From positions 18,304 through 82,303 of the forward strand of contig JAAELT010000305.1 in assembly GCA_024226315.1 (NCBI GenBank): a stretch of DNA of 64,000 nt, given 5' to 3'. The notes below the pieces were generated by a model. It ran no database searches, was not told the origin of the DNA, and saw nothing but the letters and a program-made list of their open reading frames with translations. Numbering within the stretch: the first letter of the stretch is position 1; every line of letters starts with the position of its first letter. This DNA is from a bacterium (GTDB taxonomy: Bacteria; Acidobacteriota; Thermoanaerobaculia; Multivoradales; J023). Made by a program: the position numbers and the translations under genes. This document shows, piece after piece, positions 17,315 through 26,683 of the stretch.

Positions 17315-19183
17315 CTATCTGTCTTCGCCGACCAAAGTCAGGGCACAGCCGAGATAGAAGTAGTGCTCCCCCTTCTCGCGCCAACGCGGCATTTCGCCGG
17401 TGGCGGTGCGAATCTCCATGCGGTAGACATAGATGTCGAGCACGCGCTCCCACGCCGCCCGGTCGCGGTCGTTGCGCACCATGGTCGGGCGCGGCACCTT
17501 CAACACGACCCGCGTAAGTTGGTCAGGACCGGCGACGATGCGCTCGCTCGCGCCCTCGATCTCGAACGTCACCTCGTTACCCGGGGCCTGGCTGCGCACG
17601 TCGAAGGTCAGCTCGGTAATCGGCTCGAGGCTCTGGATCCAGATCTCCGAGGGGCCGCCGGCGCCGATCCACAGCTCCTCGCCCTCAGGGCGCAGGTGGT
17701 CCTTGCGGCCATAGAAGTATATGTCGCCGCGGGCGGCTCCGAAGTAGCCCGGCAGCTCGCGCAGGGAGAGCTCGAGCGGAAAGGCCTGGAACGGATGGTT
17801 GCGGCCGTGGGCCTGGAGCGTCGGCGACGGCACCGCCAGGCCGTAGGGCGAGAACACCAGCGAGCCGATGAACAGGCCGCCGGCGGCGAAGCCCGGTGCC
17901 ACGATCCAGTCCGGGCGGATCCGCGTCACCAGGAAGAGAAACGCCGGATAGAGCATGAAGAAATAGCGGTTGCCCACGAAGCCGCCGCCGCCGTGCCAGT
18001 TGTGGTGCAGGAAGGTGAGGAAGAAGAGCGTAATCAAGGCGAGCGATCCGAGCACTGTCCAGCGCACGGCGCTGCGCCGGCCGTAGGCCAGGAACAGGCC
18101 GAGGGCGATCACCGCGAACGGGTGGTACGGGACCAGGCCGACGTGGCGCCCGAAGAGGAAATACACGAAGTCCTCGCGCAGCTCCGGCAGGCTGACCTGG
18201 GGGACCCCGAAGATCCACCACCAGCCCGCGGTCTCCTTGCCCAGCTCCGCCTCGGCCGCGGCTACCGGCGTTCCCGCCGGCGTCGGCTCCTTCGGCTCCA
18301 CCGGCATGACGTGCGGCGTGTGCACGTTGTAGCCCTGGCGGTCGATGCCGAGATACGACGTCGGGTGGCCGGTCAGGACCTGGCCGATGCCGGCGAAGAT
18401 CCCCACGGTGACCGCCGCCGCGGCCAGCCACAGCAGGAGCTGTCGCCAGCACCGGTGGCGCACCAGCCGAAAGCAGACGGGCAGCCCGATCGCCGCCAGC
18501 ATCGGCTTGTTGTACACGCCCACCGCCAGCGCCGAGGCCGACGCCACGATGGCCACGCGATCCGTCGTCAGCCACGCTGGCAGCCGGGACCACAGGGCGC
18601 GCGTCGTGCCGAAGGCGCGCGGGTCGCGCGACGGGTCGCGCGACGGCTCGAAGGCGTGCAGGCCGAAGAACAGGCAGGCCGCCGTGGCGAACATGTTGAG
18701 CATCTCGGGCTGCAGCCAGTAGACGTAGCGGTAGGTCGTGCTCATCAGAAAGAAGCCCGAGGCGAAGAGCGCCGCCAGCCAATCGGCGTTGTAGCGCCGC
18801 AGGTAGAACGTCGACATCCAGATCATCGCCACCAGCAGCAACGTGTTGAACACCACCAGGCCGTTGGCCTTCCACAACGCGGCGAACGGCGCCGCCAGCA
18901 TGGAGTAGGCGTAGGGCTTGCCGTAGTAGACCGTGTGCCAGCCGTCGTCGGTCGACAGGATGAGGTTCTGGATCGGCGCGTAGGGGAACTCTTCGTAGAG
19001 ACGCGCCAGGTCCTCGGGCTCGCAGCGCAGGTCGCCGTCCCTCGCCAGGCTGAGCGCCGCCAGGTAGTAGGCCGGCTCGTCGGCCTTGAGGGTCGCGGGC
19101 ATGCCCGGCTTGCGATGGGTCAGCGGCAGGATCAGGAGCGCCAGCGACAGGCAGGCGAGGGCCAGGGTGACGCCGCGGCTCAT
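17315..19183 (-). CDS. Polytopic membrane protein, GT-C-fold glycosyltransferase (PMT/ArnT-like) with C-terminal soluble beta-rich domain
   Basis: Signal/TM start and more than 10 predicted TM helices across ~470 aa, then a soluble C-terminal region. Stop overlaps the upstream nucleotidyltransferase gene. Confidence 0.5.
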   Translation of the reverse strand: MSRGVTLALACLSLALLILPLTHRKPGMPATLKADEPAYYLAALSLARDGDLRCEPEDLARLYEEFPYAPIQNLILSTDDGWHTVYYGKPYAYSMLAAPFAALWKANGLVVFNTLLLVAMIWMSTFYLRRYNADWLAALFASGFFLMSTTYRYVYWLQPEMLNMFATAACLFFGLHAFEPSRDPSRDPRAFGTTRALWSRLPAWLTTDRVAIVASASALAVGVYNKPMLAAIGLPVCFRLVRHRCWRQLLLWLAAAAVTVGIFAGIGQVLTGHPTSYLGIDRQGYNVHTPHVMPVEPKEPTPAGTPVAAAEAELGKETAGWWWIFGVPQVSLPELREDFVYFLFGRHVGLVPYHPFAVIALGLFLAYGRRSAVRWTVLGSLALITLFFLTFLHHNWHGGGGFVGNRYFFMLYPAFLFLVTRIRPDWIVAPGFAAGGLFIGSLVFSPYGLAVPSPTLQAHGRNHPFQAFPLELSLRELPGYFGAARGDIYFYGRKDHLRPEGEELWIGAGGPSEIWIQSLEPITELTFDVRSQAPGNEVTFEIEGASERIVAGPDQLTRVVLKVPRPTMVRNDRDRAAWERVLDIYVYRMEIRTATGEMPRWREKGEHYFYLGCALTLVGEDR

Positions 19184-19977
19184 CGATCGAGCTCCCGTGC
19201 CGCGAAGCGGGCGGTGGCCCGCCGCAGATCTTCGGGCGTGCCGACGTCGAGGAAGGATCCCTCCGGGAAGCGCACCGCCGCCACCGCCAGACGATCGTCG
19301 ATCGCGGCCTGGATCACGTCACCGACATAGATCTCTTGCCCCTCCTCGCTGATCGCCGCGCCCACGTAATCGTGCAGGTAGCGGCTGAACCGCGGGCCCC
19401 AGACCGCGATCGACCAGGTGAACCGCAGGCCGGTATCGCGCTGCTTGATGACGATGCGCCTTACCCGGTCCGCCTCGTCGAGCTCGACCATGTCGGCCTT
19501 CCACGACTGATCGGTGGGAAACGCGCCGAGCACCACCTCCGCGCCACCGCGCGCGCGCTCGGCGAGCAGCGCGGCGTAGGCGTCGCCCGGCTGGAAGAGG
19601 ATGTCGGGGAAGCCGAGCGCCACCGTCGACTCGGCAATGAACGGATAGGCCCGATCGAGCGTCTCCGGCACGCTCGCCGTCGGCTCGAGCGCAAGATAGG
19701 CGAGCGGCAGCCCGTGGTCCGCGCCGCTGCCCAGGAGCGCCGGAATGTCCCACTTGCCCTGCCGCAGCAGGACGAAGGCGCGCCCCACCCCCGAGCTCGC
19801 GAAGCTCTCGAGCAAGTAACTGCACACCGCCCGGGGGCGCGGCTCGCCGTCTTCCCCGGTGCTGAAACCGAGCGGCAGGATCTCCTTGCTGCAGGGCAAT
19901 GGGCCCAGACGGTCGGCCCGCCCCGCCGCCGGGATCAGACCGACCACGTCGCTGGTGCTGTGATGACTTTGACCCAC
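19180..19977 (-). CDS. Sugar-phosphate nucleotidyltransferase family protein
   Basis: G-x-G-x-R motif GLIPAAGRADRLGPLPCSKE typical of the NTP_transferase fold. Translationally coupled to the downstream GT-C gene. Confidence 0.6.
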   Translation of the reverse strand: MGQSHHSTSDVVGLIPAAGRADRLGPLPCSKEILPLGFSTGEDGEPRPRAVCSYLLESFASSGVGRAFVLLRQGKWDIPALLGSGADHGLPLAYLALEPTASVPETLDRAYPFIAESTVALGFPDILFQPGDAYAALLAERARGGAEVVLGAFPTDQSWKADMVELDEADRVRRIVIKQRDTGLRFTWSIAVWGPRFSRYLHDYVGAAISEEGQEIYVGDVIQAAIDDRLAVAAVRFPEGSFLDVGTPEDLRRATARFAARELDR

Positions 19978-20111
19978 GGTTCTCCACGCTTTCCCGGACC
20001 CCGGGTTCTACCACCGGCGGCCCGTAGCTTCAAGTTGATAGCCTCGGTAGTGTTCCGTTGACAGCCCGTGTTCCGTTGACAGCCCGGGTGGCCCACGTTA
20101 GCCTCGCCGCG

Positions 20112-20885
20112 ATGAAAGCGGTGATCCTTGCCGGCGGTCGCGGCACCCGGCTATCCGAAGAGACGGTGCGGCGGCCCAAGCCGATGGTGGAGATCGGCGG
20201 CAAGCCGATCTTGTGGCACATCATGAAGATCTACTCCAGCCACGGCATCCACGATTTCGTCATCTGCTGCGGCTACAAGGGCTACCTGATCAAGGAATAC
20301 TTCGCCAACTACTTCCTGCACAACGCCGACGTCACCTTCGACCTGGCGAAGAACGAGATGACGGCCCACCAGAGCACCTCCGAGCCCTGGCGCGTCACCC
20401 TGGTCGACACCGGGGCCGAGACCGCCACCGGCGGCCGGATGAAGCTCGTCCGCGACCATCTCGACGACGAGGAGCCGTTCTGCTTCACCTACGGCGACGC
20501 GGTCTCCGACGTCGACGTCACCGAGCTGGTCGCCTTCCACGGGGGCCACGGCAAGCTGGCGACCATGACCACCATCCAGCCGCCGTCGAAGTACGGCGTG
20601 CTGGCCTTCGACGGCGACCGCATCACCGACTTCCAGGAAAAACCGCCGGGCGAGGGCGGCTGGATCAACGGTGGATTCTTCGTGCTGTCGCCGCAGGTGA
20701 TCGACTACATCGACAGCCCCGACACCCCCTGGGAGTACGCTCCGCTCCACCGCCTGGTGGAGGAAGGCCAGCTCGCCGCGCACTTCCACAAGGGCTTCTG
20801 GCAGTGCATGGACACCCTGCGCGACCGCAACCTCCTCGAAGCCTACTGGAGCTCCGAGGCGCCGCCCTGGAAGATCTGGGAGTGA
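20112..20885 (+). CDS. rfbF: Glucose-1-phosphate cytidylyltransferase
   Basis: MKAVILAGGRGTRLSEETVRRPKPMVEIGGKPILWHIMKIY is near-canonical RfbF. Start moved to ATG 20112. Confidence 0.85.
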   Translation: MKAVILAGGRGTRLSEETVRRPKPMVEIGGKPILWHIMKIYSSHGIHDFVICCGYKGYLIKEYFANYFLHNADVTFDLAKNEMTAHQSTSEPWRVTLVDTGAETATGGRMKLVRDHLDDEEPFCFTYGDAVSDVDVTELVAFHGGHGKLATMTTIQPPSKYGVLAFDGDRITDFQEKPPGEGGWINGGFFVLSPQVIDYIDSPDTPWEYAPLHRLVEEGQLAAHFHKGFWQCMDTLRDRNLLEAYWSSEAPPWKIWE

Positions 20886-21941
20886 TTACAGGGCCTGGTA
20901 GCGGTCGATCTGTGCCTCGGTGAGCTGCCTCATGTCTTCACCGTCGCCGTAGGCGCGGTACCACTCGACGACCCAGTCGAGGGTGTCGTGCAATTCCAGG
21001 CGCGCCTTCCAGCCCAACCGTCCCTCGGCCTTGGCCGGATCGAGGCGCAGGAGATGGTGCTCGTGGGGATGGGGGCCGGGGTCGAGCTCGACCTCGCCGC
21101 TCTCGCCCCAGAGCTCCTGGATCCGTTCGACCATGGCGCCCACGGACAGGGGGTCCTCGTCCGGCGGGCCGAAGTTCCAGGCCTCGCTGAAGCGCTCACC
21201 TTCGCGCCACAGGTGCTCGGCGAGGGTCAGGTAGCCGCCGATCGGGTCGAGCACGTGCTGCCAGGGGCGCACCGACTGGGGGTAGCGGATGTAGAGCGGC
21301 CGGCGGTCGAGGAAGGAGCGCATGATGTCGGGCACCAGGCGGTCGCGGCCCCAGTCGCCGCCGCCGATGACGTTGCCGGCACGGGCCGTGGCCACCGCCA
21401 CCGGCGGCTCGGCGGCGGCGAAGAACGAATCCCGGTAGGCGCGGGTCACCAGCTCGGCGCAGCCCTTGCTGCTCGAATAGGGATCGCGCCCGCCCAGCGC
21501 GTCGTCCTCGCGGTAGCCGCGCTCCAGCTCGAGGTTGTCGTAGCTCTTGTCGCTGGTGACCACCACCACCGACCGGGCGCTGGGCTCGAGCCGGATCGCC
21601 TCGAGCAGGTTGACGGTGCCCATCACGTTGCTCGAATAGGTCTCGATCGGGTCTTCGTAGCTGGCCCGGACGATCGCCTGCGCCGCCAGGTGCAGCACCA
21701 CCTCGGGCCGGTGCCGATCGATGACCACGCGCAGATGGTCGAGGTCTCGCAGGTCGCCTTCGATCGATGTCATGCCGTCGGCCACGGCGGCGATCTCGAA
21801 CAGACTCGGCTCGGTGGGCGGCGGCAACGCGTAGCCAACCAGCCGGGCGCCGGCCCGCTGCAGCCACAGCGCCAGCCAGCTGCCTTTGAAGCCGGTGTGC
21901 CCGGTCAGAAGGACCTTCTTGTCGCGCCAGAAAGAGCTCAT
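20886..21941 (-). CDS. rfbG: CDP-glucose 4,6-dehydratase
   Basis: MSSFWRDKKVLLTGHTGFKGSW...YSSSKGCAEL (SDR, extended). Convergent with rfbF, with zero intergenic gap. Confidence 0.85.
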   Translation of the reverse strand: MSSFWRDKKVLLTGHTGFKGSWLALWLQRAGARLVGYALPPPTEPSLFEIAAVADGMTSIEGDLRDLDHLRVVIDRHRPEVVLHLAAQAIVRASYEDPIETYSSNVMGTVNLLEAIRLEPSARSVVVVTSDKSYDNLELERGYREDDALGGRDPYSSSKGCAELVTRAYRDSFFAAAEPPVAVATARAGNVIGGGDWGRDRLVPDIMRSFLDRRPLYIRYPQSVRPWQHVLDPIGGYLTLAEHLWREGERFSEAWNFGPPDEDPLSVGAMVERIQELWGESGEVELDPGPHPHEHHLLRLDPAKAEGRLGWKARLELHDTLDWVVEWYRAYGDGEDMRQLTEAQIDRYQAL

Positions 21942-21954
21942 ATAGCAAAGGTAG

Positions 21955-21982
21955 CAGATCGTCCGAGGATTCGGACGATCTG
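21955..21982. promoter_or_regulatory. Perfect 11-bp-arm inverted repeat CAGATCGTCCG-N6-CGGACGATCTG in the rfbG upstream region, with a second partial copy at 22045..22066 (84 bp away); candidate operator
   Basis: Palindrome read directly from the sequence; it sits 14 bp upstream of the rfbG start codon. Confidence 0.35.
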
Positions 21983-22095
21983 ATAGGCCGGTGGGATGGG
22001 CCAAGAAGTCGAACGCCGAAGGCTTCGAGTTCTTGGGGCGCTAGCAGATCGTCCGCGGATCGGACAGCCCGGCCTGGCTGGCGACCGGGAGACCT

Positions 22096-22451
22096 CGGAT
22101 TCAGGGTGAATCGGACTCTCCGGAAAAGCAGAGACCTCGGATTCAGGGTGAATCGTAACCTCCGGCAAATCAGGAGGGTGCGATTCACGCTGAATCGCAA
22201 CCTCCGGCAAATCAGGAAGGCGCGATTCACACTGAATCGTGACTACCAAAGGTAACCGAGGTTGCGATTCACGCTGAATCGCGACCCTCCTTTCGTAACC
22301 GATGGTGCGATTCACGCTGAATCGCGCCTGCGTCGCGTAACCGAGGTTACGATTCACGCTGAATCGTGCCTTCGACGCGTAACCGAAGTTGCGATTCACG
22401 CTGAATCGCGACCACCACACGTAACCGGAGTTGCGATTCACGCTGAATCGC
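22096..22451. repeat. Tandem array of 9 units with 42-43 bp period; each unit has a 19-bp palindromic core GCGATTCACGCTGAATCGC plus a ~23-bp partly conserved, partly variable spacer; two unit subfamilies (units 1-3 vs 4-9)
   Basis: Unit starts at 22096, 22138, 22180, 22222, 22264, 22307, 22349, 22391 and 22433. 8-bp arms GCGATTCA/TGAATCGC. Spacers share ...cgtaaccgaggtt with only a ~10-11 bp hypervariable core. Confidence 0.8.
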
Positions 22452-22769
22452 GACTCCGGCGTGATTTCGTTGGGTGAGTCGAGGAAGACGATCGAGTAGC
22501 CTGAGGTTCAGTCACCTGGCGTCGCCGTTCTGGCTCTCTCCGGGAACCGGACCGACCAGATAGAACAGCATAGTGTCGGAAACGGGCGAAACACGGATCG
22601 TGGCAATCGAGCCGACCGTGAGTTCGCGTCAGAGGAGGAGGTGCGAGATGCAGGTCAGAACCGGTGTGAATGCTGGGTATGGACCCTCGGTTGAGCCCGC
22701 AGGCTGAGTCCGGCGCCCGTGAGGGTGCGGCCGTTATGGCCGTGCCCTCACAAGGTCGACTAGAATGAA

Positions 22770-23937
22770 GTGAACAGATTGATTGAACAGGAGGAGGGAC
22801 CCTTTTTGCCGCACAACACCGAGTACGCCCAGCGGCTACTTCGCGAGCTGGACCTACCGGGTAATGCAGAGCAGATCCTGGAGAATCCCAAGTACGCGGA
22901 TCCTGGGTTCGCCGCTGCCTTCTACGAGCACTGCGAAGAGGTGCTCTTCCATTCTCCCGAGGACGCCCTGAAGCTCGCCAAAGTTGCACTGCGGCTTGCG
23001 CACTCTCTGCCAGAAGGCACGGGGCCAGAGGGCAAAAGAAAGCACCTCGAGCTGTTCGTCAAAGCGTGCTGGATCGTGGGGAGCGCCTATCGAAAGTTCG
23101 GCCGGACGAACGAGGCGGAGGGACCGTACCGAAAGGCGCTGGGTATCGCAGGCATCTCGGATGCCATCAAGGCTGCGCTTTATCTGAGGCTTGCGATCTT
23201 GCGGGTGTCACAACAGCGGTACGAGGACGCCTTGAAACTGATCGATCAGGCGGAGAGGATCTACCGATCCGAGAAGGACAGCAAGGGTTTGGGGCATGCA
23301 TTCGCCACGCGAGGGTACACCTACAACGAATCCGGTCGGTTCGCGGAGGCGATCTCACAATTCACCCGGGCGCTGTCGGCGATTGATCCACACCTGGATC
23401 CAGAAAGCGGACGCTTCCACTACTCCGCAACGCACAACGTGGGCTTTGCGATCTCTCAGTGTCGAAGCCCCGAAGCCATCGGCGCTGCGCAGATTCACAT
23501 TCGAGAAGCCCGGAGACTCCTCGGCGATCGGCGACGAAGTGTCCCGAGGTACAAGCTCTATTGGTATCGAAGGGAAAGCCCTGATCAAGCTCGGATCAAC
23601 GCAGTTGGGCGAACGTCGTTTACTCCGCGCACTCAAGGGACTCCTCATCCTCCGCGCGATCTTCGAATCTGCTCTTGTGTGTCTTGACCTTTCGGTCCTG
23701 TTGCGCGACGAGGAGCGTTGGAACGAGCTTGAAGAGGTCGCCGGAGAAACCTTCCGTCGGTTCGAGGAGCTTTCGGCCGACTCGGAGACAATCGCGGCGC
23801 TGTCTCTCTGGATGGAAGCTGTGAAAGCGCGCGAACTTGGGGATCAGCTCATCTCAGACGTCAGAGCCCAGCTCTCTGTGCGGATGCGCCGCCAGCCTCC
23901 CCCCGGCACTGTTCGACGTCGTTGGAAGCGGCGCTGA
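22770..23937 (+). pseudogene. Frameshifted paralog of the helical-repeat protein 26684..27817 (two ORFs 22770..23687 and 23296..23937, joined by a +1 frameshift near 23571-23578)
   Basis: Upstream ORF aligns with the paralog through ...RSVPRYKLYW. The downstream ORF (other frame) aligns from IEG... to the Arg-rich C-terminus (LSADSETIAALSLWMEAVKARELGDQLISDVRAQL vs LSADTESIAVLSLWMDAVRAQKLEDQVIADVRQKL). An extra T in tattggTatcgaaggg explains the shift. Confidence 0.6.
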
Positions 23938-24111
23938 AGCCCCCACCTCGTCGGAGATGAGGGCCGGGGCGCCCTACCAGTCGAGATCCCGGATCTTCTC
24001 CACGTGCTCCCCGGCACCGATCCCCGGAGATACCGCTCCCGGATCTGCTCCGGGGATCGCCAAAATGGGGCAGGACATGGTACCGTAACGTATCCAAAGA
24101 CGGAGGCAGCT

Positions 24112-24408
24112 ATGACCCAATTGACCATCAGCCAAGACATTCGCCCCATCTCTGATCTCAAGGCGAGGGGGAGCGAGATCGTCACCCAGGCGGCGAACAC
24201 GGGTCGCCCTGTCGTTCTGACCCGTCACGGCCGAAGCGTGGCCGTGGTATTGGCCGTCGACGAGTATGAACGTCTTCAGCAGGCGGCGGAACGGGGTGCT
24301 CTGGTGGAGGCCCTTCGGGAAGGGGAGCGGGATGTGGAAGCCGGCCGCGTTCTGACCCACGAGGAGATGCGGGCCAAGTGGCTCGCCGGAGAATCCGAGG
24401 ACGGATGA
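24112..24408 (+). CDS. yefM: Phd/YefM-family antitoxin
   Basis: MTQLTISQDIRPISDLKARGSEIVTQAANTGRPVVLTRHGRSVAVVLAVDEYERL. cGGAGG SD upstream. Confidence 0.8.
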   Translation: MTQLTISQDIRPISDLKARGSEIVTQAANTGRPVVLTRHGRSVAVVLAVDEYERLQQAAERGALVEALREGERDVEAGRVLTHEEMRAKWLAGESEDG

Positions 24409-24409
24409 C

Positions 24410-24712
24410 GTGGAGGTCGTCTGGTCGCGGGCAGCCGATCGAGACCTGGCTCGGATCTACTCCTACCTGGAACCGAGGAGTCTCCGGGCGGTTCGCGGCC
24501 TTCTGCGGCGTCTATTCAAGACGATAGATCTGTTGGCTGAGATGCCCCGGATGGGGACGGTCGCCGATCTCGGACTGGAGAGGGAATACCGACAGCAGGT
24601 GGTCGAGCACTACAAGATCTTCTACTACGTCGAGGAAGAGCGCCTCGTCATCGTGCGACTCTGGGACACCCGCCAAGACCCCACGAAGTTCTTCGTCCCC
24701 CTTACACCTTGA
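24410..24712 (+). CDS. parE: ParE/RelE-family toxin
   Basis: GTG start 2 nt after the yefM stop. VVWSRAADRDLARIYSYL...EMPRMGTV...YRQQVVEHYKIFYYVEEERLVIVRLWDTRQDP is typical ParE. Confidence 0.75.
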   Translation: MEVVWSRAADRDLARIYSYLEPRSLRAVRGLLRRLFKTIDLLAEMPRMGTVADLGLEREYRQQVVEHYKIFYYVEEERLVIVRLWDTRQDPTKFFVPLTP

Positions 24713-24715
24713 GCA

Positions 24716-24853
24716 TCCGGCCTGCAACTCGCCCAGGGTGACCGCGGATAGGTGAAGCTCGTCGTTGTCGATGCCCTCGAGCCAGGCGATCACGGCTCCG
24801 TGAGGGCGTGGACGCCTGAGCTCCGAGATGACGTTCGTGTCGAGCAGATACAA
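24716..24853 (-). pseudogene. VapC (PIN-domain toxin) N-terminal fragment; remainder displaced by or overlapping the convergent parE
   Basis: MYLLDTNVISELRRPRPHGAVIAWLEGIDNDELHLSAVTLGELQAG is a canonical PIN N-terminus (~46 aa). The rest of the 113-aa ORF is antisense to parE and lacks the distal PIN acidic residues. Confidence 0.5.
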
Positions 24854-24857
24854 GAGC

Positions 24858-25145
24858 CTACTCGAAGACCTCCGGCGACCGGCGGCGCCAGCGCCGCCGC
24901 GAAGGGACCGGGATTTCGGCGCGGGGAGAATCGGCGAGCAGCAGCTCTTTCAGCGTCGGTCCGGCGGCTCTTCGCAGGCGGCGCCAATCCTCCACCGGTA
25001 CCAGGACCGCGGCCTCGACGCCCCGGCGGGTCACGATCTGCGGGCCTTCGCGGAGGCTGGCCTCCAACAATCGGCTGAAGTGCGTTTTCGCATCGTGGAC
25101 CGGCCACCGCTTCGGGCTCGTTTCTCCGGCCATGAAGTCCTCCAA
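24858..25145 (-). CDS. Phd/YefM-type (VapB-like) antitoxin
   Basis: WPVHDAKTHFSRLLEASLREGPQIVTRRGVEAAVLVPVEDWRRL; directly upstream of the vapC fragment. Confidence 0.65.
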   Translation of the reverse strand: MEDFMAGETSPKRWPVHDAKTHFSRLLEASLREGPQIVTRRGVEAAVLVPVEDWRRLRRAAGPTLKELLLADSPRAEIPVPSRRRWRRRSPEVFE

Positions 25146-25251
25146 AGGTCCGGCTGGCGAGTACTGGCGGTTCGGTCCAGCTCGATTACCTCTCCGCCGA
25201 TACGGACAAGGCTTCCAGAAACCGACGAAGCCTCACGCATTCGGCAGCCTA

Positions 25252-25758
25252 TCATGACGCCGGGGTGACCGAGGTGGCGGGGTGACCGAGGGGGGTGACC
25301 GAGGTGGCTGGCACCGCGGACAGCAGCGCCTTGGCCGAAGCGACTGGATCTCCGTCGACGGAAGCCAGCCCCAGGGCTTCGTCGACAAGACCTACGCTCT
25401 CTTCTTCACGGTCACGGAGCGCAGTGTACCGAGCGATCCGAAGCAGGACGGAGGCCCGTTCTTCCTCAACGTTTCTTAACAGCTCAAGAGCGGCCTCCTC
25501 GGAGCCAGCGGCGAAGAGCGCCTCGACTGCGGCATTCAGGGCCTCGGGGTCTGCTGTCTGCGTTGCCATGTCGGTAACGCGGACGACCAGTTCGGCTCGC
25601 GCCTGTGGGTCTGGGGTCAGCTTTGCGCCGGGGCTGCAAGCGGCAAGAATTGGGATGATGAGCAGTCCGACCCATCTGATTTCATTGACGCTACAGTTGC
25701 GGCCTCCAGATCCATCGCGGTTACCGCGGATGAATTCGCGTTCCGAGATTGTATGCAT
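25252..25758 (-). CDS. Hypothetical lipoprotein
   Basis: Strong SD GGGAGGA 4 nt before the ATG; lipobox ILAAC. The 3' end lies inside a dispersed GC-rich repeat and encodes ...SAVPATSVTPLGHPATSVTPAS. Confidence 0.5.
   Translation of the reverse strand: MHTISEREFIRGNRDGSGGRNCSVNEIRWVGLLIIPILAACSPGAKLTPDPQARAELVVRVTDMATQTADPEALNAAVEALFAAGSEEAALELLRNVEEERASVLLRIARYTALRDREEESVGLVDEALGLASVDGDPVASAKALLSAVPATSVTPLGHPATSVTPAS
25262..25327. repeat. GC-rich dispersed repeat, locus A (GTGACCGAGGTGGC x3, ending GGGTGACCGAGGTGGCTGGCACCGCGGACAGCAGC); exact 35-bp match at 31824..31858
   Basis: Direct sequence comparison; both copies lie at the 3' ends of minus-strand genes. Confidence 0.75.
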
Positions 25759-26496
25759 GGGATCCTCCCTTCGCTAATTGATCCACGAGTTTGCCTTTCG
25801 GCAGCTCGGCGGTCTTGGAGTCCTTCGTGGCGGCCAGCGTCGCGGAGGAAGCGAGGACCCGTGGCTTTGCGGCACCGGCTTTTGCCGGCTGTGCCTTTTC
25901 GAGGCGCTCGGGTGTCGTTGTTATCGAGACAGCACGAACCTCATTACTAGAGATCATGCTGTCTTCTACATAAGTAGTGACGCCTAACCGCCAGTTATCT
26001 CACCTACATCTAAGAAAAATCCACGAGATCGACTGGGGCTAGAAGCCGGGCGGGCGTCGCAAGACCCGAGCGGCTTCGTGATCGCACCCCCATCAGTCTG
26101 GAGAGGGCGGCGCCACTTAAGGTGCCGGCCGTCTCGGCAAACAGAGTAGCACACCGACCCGATCGACCAGCGGTCACACGCCGAACCGAGCTGATCCCAG
26201 TCCGCGAGCTACCGCGGACACCCTCTGCGAACGGCTTCCGAGGCGCAGTCCGTGTCTCAATGGCGCTAATGAGCGCGCCTTGGGGCTTCTTGGGCGCACC
26301 GGGTCCGCAGCTCTCTATGGAGCGGAGCGGTAGCAGCAAAATCGTTCTGGGTACTTTCTGGTCTGGCTCGGCGAGCGCCTCTTCAACAGCTACGACGGCG
26401 CCCGCGCCGGCCCCGCGCGGCTGCAAGGCAGCCCAACGTCGCTCGGCACGTGAGGTCTCGGCGGAGGAAAGCAACCTGGTGGGAACTCCACGCCAC

Positions 26497-26527
26497 ACTC
26501 CCCTGCCCGAAGGCGGGCCGCCGCCTC
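26497..26527. repeat. 31-bp GC-rich near-palindromic dispersed repeat ACTCCCCTGCCCGAAGGCGGGCCGCCGCCTC; second exact copy at 32716..32746
   Basis: Direct comparison; contains the GGCGG/CCGCC hairpin. Confidence 0.7.
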
Positions 26528-26683
26528 ACGGTACGCTTCGACGAACAGCCGATACGCCTGCTTCAACTGCTTGCGCACCGCCTTCGTCGCGGCGTGAACT
26601 GCCGGCGCGGGCGACTTCTTCGAGCGGGCTACGAAGCGGGTGGCACCTGGGGAGCACCTGGGGAGCACCTGGGGAGCACCTGA

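Noticed and set aside
15696-19330. Long + ORFs 15696..17258 (520 aa) and 17000..19330 (776 aa)
   Set aside because: Antisense to sucA and to the GT-C membrane protein; no recognisable motifs.
22096-22451. Possible CRISPR array
   Set aside because: Regular 42-bp spacing and a palindromic repeat resemble CRISPR superficially, but only ~10-11 bp per unit is variable (spacers far too short). The spacers share conserved flanks, and no cas genes or leader are nearby.
21938-22477. ORFs 21938..22441(-) and 22262..22477(+) with internally repetitive peptides (RFSVNRN..., IHAESRLRRVTEV...)
   Set aside because: They are translations of the tandem repeat array, not genes.
25760-26683. Several 60-210-aa ORFs on both strands (for example 26010..26498-, 26122..26757+, 26390..26668-) in the region between the lipoprotein and the helical-repeat gene
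   Set aside because: No motifs or start signals, mutually overlapping, and they contain a microsatellite and dispersed repeat copies. The region looks like decayed or non-coding DNA. A short Lys-rich ORF 25721..25957(-) could not be supported either.
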